Below are positions 60,217 through 64,000 of a stretch of DNA of 64,000 nucleotides, piece after piece. The notes under the pieces were generated by a model that ran no database searches, had not been told where the DNA came from, and worked only from the letters and a program-made list of their open reading frames with translations. The position numbers and the translations under genes were made by a program. This DNA comes from an uncultured Gemmatimonadota bacterium (GTDB lineage Bacteria; Gemmatimonadota; Gemmatimonadetes; Palauibacterales; Palauibacteraceae), in contig CAZEBA010000015.1 of NCBI GenBank assembly GCA_964510615.1, forward strand, positions 4,588 to 68,587, read 5' to 3'. Numbering within the stretch: the first letter of the stretch is position 1; the number at the start of each line of letters is the position of its first letter.

Positions 60217-62613
60217 CTATGCCTGGAGGACCGACGCGAACTGCTCCTGCGTCAGGTAGCCGACGACGGCGAATCTCGGCAGGTGAAAGGGATCGACGTC
60301 GGCGCTCAGCTTCAGGGGTCGCCCGTCTTGTACGCCTTCGTCCTCGTGACCGTGTCCGTTGTCGCCATCGACCGCCGCGCCGTACCCGACTTCCTTGAGG
60401 ATCTCCACCGTTCGGCCGTCGTACATGCCCTCCGGGTAGGCGAAAGAGCCGACGGCTTGCCCGATGACGTCCTCTAGGAATGCCTTGTTGTCGGCCACCT
60501 CGGCGAGCTGCGCCGCGCGATCCAGCTTCGAGAGGTCGGGATGGCTGGTTGAATGTCCGCCGATCTCCCCGCCGGCCGTCGCCAGCGCTCTGATCTGCGC
60601 GGGTCTCAGTGCCATCAGGGTCGGCAGGAAGTACGTGCCGGCGAAGCCGTACTCGGCGAGCATCTCCGAGAACCGCGGAGCGTCCCGCGCTCCATCGTCG
60701 ATCGTGATCGCAACCGAGCGAAATGGAAGGGACCCCACCCCGCCCAGATAGTCCAGAATCCGTGACACCGTGACCGCCTCGTATCCGTGATCGCGGAGCC
60801 ACGACAGCTGCCAACGTAGTTGCTCTTCCGTGACAGACCACCTGGTGCCTGGAACGTCGAGGCGATGATAGAGCAGGATCGGAACGTTGCCGGGCGCCAG
60901 CGCAGCCGGTTCGACCGTCGCGAGGGACGCGACTTCAGCCGATTCGGCGATCCGCACCACGGGAGCGGCTGGCCGGGCCGGTTGCGACCTAGGCCCGGAG
61001 GCTTCTCGCCAGAGCTCGTAACAGGTACCGACCCATGCGCTTGCCGCGCCGAGAATGATCCAGGGAATGGATCGGTCGTACTCCCGATTGAGCTCGCCTC
61101 CCCACTGGCGAACGCGCCGGTGCGTGGTGCGGAGCCGCCAGACAATCTGGCTGCGGAAGAGACTCCGACCCCTCCGCAGGATGGCACCCCGACTCAGGCC
61201 TCGAATGAGCAGCACGCGACCGAAGCCGCGACCGCGGACGAAGTGATGACGGAGAAGCTTGCGTCCCGTTCGGCAAGGTGTGTTGTGCACCAGCGAGACG
61301 TCCGCGGCCCGGAACGCGACGTATCCGAGATCCGCGAGCGCCTTGTTCACCACGGTGTCTTCGCCAGCCCGAAGGTCTTCGGGAAACCCGCCGACCTCGA
61401 GCAACGCCTCTCGGCTGTACGAGCAGTGCGCCGGAGCCCCCGGAAGCTCGGTCGACGGGCGGCCGGGAAGGACCGAGTTGTGGTCGAGGAAGTACGAGGC
61501 CCAGCCGGCCCGGGTGGTCGTCCCGTTGAGCGTGGTGCCGGTGACCATCGCGTAACCCAAGTCATGCGCCCGTCGTCTCGCCTCCAGGCTTCCCGGTGGC
61601 AACTCGACGTGGGATCCGGGAAACGAGACGTAGTCGCCGCGCGCATAGCTCAGCCCCGCGTTCCGCGCCTTGCCGGGGAGGGCCGGCTCGGGAAGCTCGA
61701 CCAGCCGAACCTCCGGAAAACACTGCCGGACGATCTCCGCCGTGCGGTCGGAGCCGCTGGTCACGACGATCACCTCGAACGGCCACCGGCACTCCTGCCC
61801 CACCACGGATGCGACCGAGCGCTCGATCACGCTTTCGTCATCACGGGAGATGACGATGGCCGAGATGGCAGGCCGGTCTTGTTCGTAGGGAGCGGGCTCG
61901 GTCGGTGTGCGGATTACTGACAGACCTGCCGGTCGGGTTTCCCAGCGGTTGATGGTGCCGGCGGTTTCGAGAAGATCCCGGTAGCTGTGTTGGAACTCGT
62001 TGTGCGGATCGGCCTCGCGGTACTTCGCGAACCGCAGCGAGCGACGCTCCGCCGTCAGGCTGGCGAGATGCTGGATTCGGACAGTCGTACGAATCCACCG
62101 GCTGCGCGGAATCGTCGTCGGCACTGGGACGAAGTGGAGCCGTCGGTCGGGAAACCTCAGTCCGGCCGCGCCCGCGAACATGCGGTACACCCAGAGCCCC
62201 GATCGGCTGTAGTGCTCGATGTCGTCCCACATCCGGAACACCCGGAAGCCGTAGGCGCAGCCGGCAATCGCGTCGCGTTCAACGAACGTCCTCAGAGCAT
62301 CCGCGTCGTCGGCCGGAATGCGTTCATCCGCATCGAGCGAGAGGATCCACCTCGGATCGAGCGCTTCGGCGGCCTCGAGAAGACGGTTTCGATTGCTGGC
62401 GTCGTCCCAACCGCGGTAATCCGACCTGCGCGGGTTGCTCAGAACGACGCTAACCAGGGGCTCGGACTCGAGCAGATCGCGGGTTCCGTCCGTGCTGCCG
62501 TCGTCGATAGCCAGGATCGTGTCGGCAAATCGTCCGACCGAGGAGAAGTATCCCGCTAGATCCGCTTCGCCGTTGCGAACCGGCAGCAGACAGACGAGCT
62601 GAGGACGACTCAC
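60217..62613 (-). CDS. triple-fusion enzyme: two family-2 glycosyltransferase domains + TM segment + polysaccharide deacetylase (CE4) domain
   Basis: 798 aa with a GTG start. GT2 domain 1 reads CLLPVRNGEADL...ILAIDDGSTDGT...LSLDADE. GT2 domain 2 reads ISAIVISRDDES...EVIVVTSGSDRT...GKARNAG...GDYVSF. The TM segment is IPWIILGAASAWVGTCY. The CE4 domain reads VPILLYHRLD...VAITIDDGARD...GGHSTSHPDL. Confidence 0.85.
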   Translation of the reverse strand: MSRPQLVCLLPVRNGEADLAGYFSSVGRFADTILAIDDGSTDGTRDLLESEPLVSVVLSNPRRSDYRGWDDASNRNRLLEAAEALDPRWILSLDADERIPADDADALRTFVERDAIAGCAYGFRVFRMWDDIEHYSRSGLWVYRMFAGAAGLRFPDRRLHFVPVPTTIPRSRWIRTTVRIQHLASLTAERRSLRFAKYREADPHNEFQHSYRDLLETAGTINRWETRPAGLSVIRTPTEPAPYEQDRPAISAIVISRDDESVIERSVASVVGQECRWPFEVIVVTSGSDRTAEIVRQCFPEVRLVELPEPALPGKARNAGLSYARGDYVSFPGSHVELPPGSLEARRRAHDLGYAMVTGTTLNGTTTRAGWASYFLDHNSVLPGRPSTELPGAPAHCSYSREALLEVGGFPEDLRAGEDTVVNKALADLGYVAFRAADVSLVHNTPCRTGRKLLRHHFVRGRGFGRVLLIRGLSRGAILRRGRSLFRSQIVWRLRTTHRRVRQWGGELNREYDRSIPWIILGAASAWVGTCYELWREASGPRSQPARPAAPVVRIAESAEVASLATVEPAALAPGNVPILLYHRLDVPGTRWSVTEEQLRWQLSWLRDHGYEAVTVSRILDYLGGVGSLPFRSVAITIDDGARDAPRFSEMLAEYGFAGTYFLPTLMALRPAQIRALATAGGEIGGHSTSHPDLSKLDRAAQLAEVADNKAFLEDVIGQAVGSFAYPEGMYDGRTVEILKEVGYGAAVDGDNGHGHEDEGVQDGRPLKLSADVDPFHLPRFAVVGYLTQEQFASVLQA

Positions 62614-62619
62614 TCCGCT

Positions 62620-62856
62620 CTAAGTGTAGAGCTCGTGCTCGTACAGATCGTCCGAATAGAAGTCGTCGGCATAGAGCTCGTCGGACCTCGATGGAGCGCC
62701 GCGCCGTACGCCCGCCATGGCGGAGGACGGAGCCAGCAGGCTCGCGTACGCCGTCGCGGCCGTCACCGAAACGCCCATGCCGACCAGGCTGCGAACGAAC
62801 GCGCGTCGCCCGATCCAGCCATTCTGGTAGGCATCGAGCAGTTCCTTTTTCGACAT
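62620..62856 (-). CDS. 78-aa Tat-signal micro-protein with acidic Tyr-pentapeptide repeats
   Basis: This is the 3' part of track ORF 62620..63033. The ATG at 62856 is preceded by a strong SD (GGAGGAAAGAGAGG). The product is MSKKELLDAYQNGWIGRRAFVRSLVGMGVSVTAATAYASLLAPSSAMA|GVRRGAPSRSDELYADDFYSDDLYEHELYT. It ends 6 nt before the GT2-GT2-CE4 gene start. Confidence 0.65.
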   Translation of the reverse strand: MSKKELLDAYQNGWIGRRAFVRSLVGMGVSVTAATAYASLLAPSSAMAGVRRGAPSRSDELYADDFYSDDLYEHELYT

Positions 62857-62884
62857 GCGTTGCCTCTCTTTCCTCCGGGGTCGA

Positions 62885-63631
62885 TCATGCCGGCGGCTCG
62901 AAACGGCGGCCGCTCCAAACGTGGTTGAAGCACCGTGCGACGGCCTCGGGCAGCGAGTTCGCGTCGTCGTAGAGTTCCAGCAGCTCTTCGCCGAAGGTGG
63001 ACACTCCGGGCTGCAGCCCCTCTCGATACTCAAAGTGCCACCATTCCACAGCCGTGTAGTCCGTCTCCCAACCTGGCCTGGCAGGTATGCGCTGCCACGA
63101 CGCAGCCTCGAGCATCGCCGTCAGATCGACGAACGCTCCGACGCGGGGCCGCGAGCTGAGGACCTCACCAGGTCGTCCGGTCCAGATCACAGCACCAACG
63201 GCCGCCGCGTCCGTGTCGGAGCTTGCGGCCGCGCGATCGGACCCGATCACACCTAGGACCCGCCAGAGAGGAAAGCCATCCTCGATCCCATCCTGGATGA
63301 CCAGGTACGGATCGTCGGGCCCCTGCATGCCGCTTGTGATGCACAGGTCGATCGCCCGACCGAGATAGTGAAGGCTCACCGGACTTCGCGTCGGCGTGAG
63401 CTCGGCGTCCAGCGTCCGCAGTCCACCATGAGAGGTCAAGACAGTGCCACTTGCCGAGATCACGGCCCTGGCGACCTCCAGGCGCTCGGCCGCGTCCCGC
63501 TGAAGCCAGAAGCCCGCGGCACAACCACCGAGCGGGCGGTCAGCCTCCACAAAAGCCACCGCTGCCGGCACCGGAACGGGTCGAGACGCTAGCACGGGCG
63601 CCGCGAAGCGCGGTTTTCTCGGAGGAGCCAA
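62885..63631 (-). CDS. LAS-superfamily zinc peptidase (M15, VanY/D-Ala-D-Ala carboxypeptidase-like)
   Basis: 248 aa with a TTG start in the track. It has the motif SLHYLGRAIDL (SxHxxGxAxD) and the second His motif AVEWWHFEY. Confidence 0.7.
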   Translation of the reverse strand: MAPPRKPRFAAPVLASRPVPVPAAVAFVEADRPLGGCAAGFWLQRDAAERLEVARAVISASGTVLTSHGGLRTLDAELTPTRSPVSLHYLGRAIDLCITSGMQGPDDPYLVIQDGIEDGFPLWRVLGVIGSDRAAASSDTDAAAVGAVIWTGRPGEVLSSRPRVGAFVDLTAMLEAASWQRIPARPGWETDYTAVEWWHFEYREGLQPGVSTFGEELLELYDDANSLPEAVARCFNHVWSGRRFEPPA

Positions 63632-63810
63632 TCCCGGACTTGTGAGCGGTTCCGGTGGAACACCAGCTGATACGCCGGTCTGGGGAACATCGACGGCACC
63701 GGGTACAACGACATGCCAGCCTTAATGGGCTCCAGTGGCTCAGGCTCGCGCCGAGGACAGATCCGCCATACTGGGCCGAAGGTTCAGGTCTCGCAAGAGC
63801 CGGGGGATGG

Positions 63811-64000
63811 CTAGTTGGCCTCGGCGCTCGGCGCCGGCTCCGCGGGCAGCGGCGAGGCATGGAACAGCGTCGCTCTGTACGACCCATCGTCCTGGAGCAT
63901 CCAGACCATCGACACGTAACCCTCGTCGGCCGTCGTCTCGCCCACCTCCTCGCTCTGGAAGACGTAGCGAGCCGTCAGCCAGGCGACCCGGCCCCAGGTA
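63811..64000 (-). CDS. SnoaL/DUF4440-like (NTF2-fold) protein, C-terminal fragment (gene starts beyond window end)
   Basis: Not in the ORF track because it runs off the window edge. Manual minus-strand translation gives ...TWGRVAWLTARYVFQSEEVGETTADEGYVSMVWMLQDDGSYRATLFHASPLPAEPAPSAEAN-stop, with TAG at 63813..63811. The pattern (A/V)W.T.RY.......G......G....VW...DG.W is typical of DUF4440/SnoaL-like C-termini. Confidence 0.55.
   Translation of the reverse strand, partial: TWGRVAWLTARYVFQSEEVGETTADEGYVSMVWMLQDDGSYRATLFHASPLPAEPAPSAEAN

Noticed and set aside
63632-63810. 179-nt gap with a 29-codon ATG ORF (MGSSGSGSRRGQIRHTGPKVQVSQEPGDG) and track ORF 63540..63887 (-).
   Set aside because: There is no SD, and the composition is low-complexity or junk with nothing recognisable. 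It is most simply the promoter region of the M15 peptidase operon.
1-64000. Mobile elements, prophage, CRISPR arrays and rRNA/tRNA genes.
   Set aside because: I found no transposase, integrase or recombinase motifs, no terminal inverted repeats flanking a compositional island, no regularly spaced repeats of 25 nt or longer, and no rRNA-like stretches. GC content is uniformly high except for a few short intergenic patches and the Lys-rich patch at about 35965..36100.

Overview
This is a 64-kb, roughly 68-70% GC, densely coding bacterial chromosomal segment. I support about 55 CDS, two of them cut by the window edges. By eye I found no rRNA, tRNA, CRISPR array, transposase or integrase. The gene content suggests a Gemmatimonadota- or Acidobacteriota-like environmental bacterium (inference only): many lipobox lipoproteins, a TIGR02999/Sigma70_ECF-type ECF sigma factor coupled to a Ser/Thr kinase-TPR protein, PD40/TolB-like propellers, and an NtrC-type two-component system.

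Because of the GC content, almost every real gene is shadowed by long antisense or out-of-frame ORFs. I made calls from recognisable family motifs, signal peptides and lipoboxes, SD sequences and start/stop overlaps. No database search was run, so all family names are motif-level recognitions.

Main hunt results:
1. Two same-frame ORFs (19383..19643 and 19647..19997) are one peroxiredoxin gene interrupted by a TGA exactly at the peroxidatic Cys position (TPG-U-T). A hairpin follows it. This looks like an exported selenocysteine peroxiredoxin, and it lies convergent to a TlpA/CcdA periplasmic reductant pair.
2. A tight five-gene minus-strand operon (56967..63631) encodes an M15/VanY-like peptidase, a 78-aa Tat-signal micro-protein, a GT2-GT2-TM-CE4 triple fusion, an amidohydrolase and a beta-lactamase-fold hydrolase. 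The micro-protein's mature part is four acidic x-[DE]-[DE]-[LF]-Y pentapeptide repeats.
3. A translationally coupled triad at 1..1526 runs CC-terminal YbdD/YjiX-like micro-protein, then ArsA/GET3-like ATPase, then CstA.
4. The formimidoyltransferase domain of an FTCD-like enzyme carries a C2H2 zinc-finger-like insertion.
5. An uncharacterised envelope cluster (1035-aa lipoprotein, OmpA-family protein, small secreted protein) lies divergent from an ECF sigma / Ser-Thr kinase pair that has a probable leaderless promoter.

Several smaller repeat, palindrome and domain-fusion observations are listed separately.
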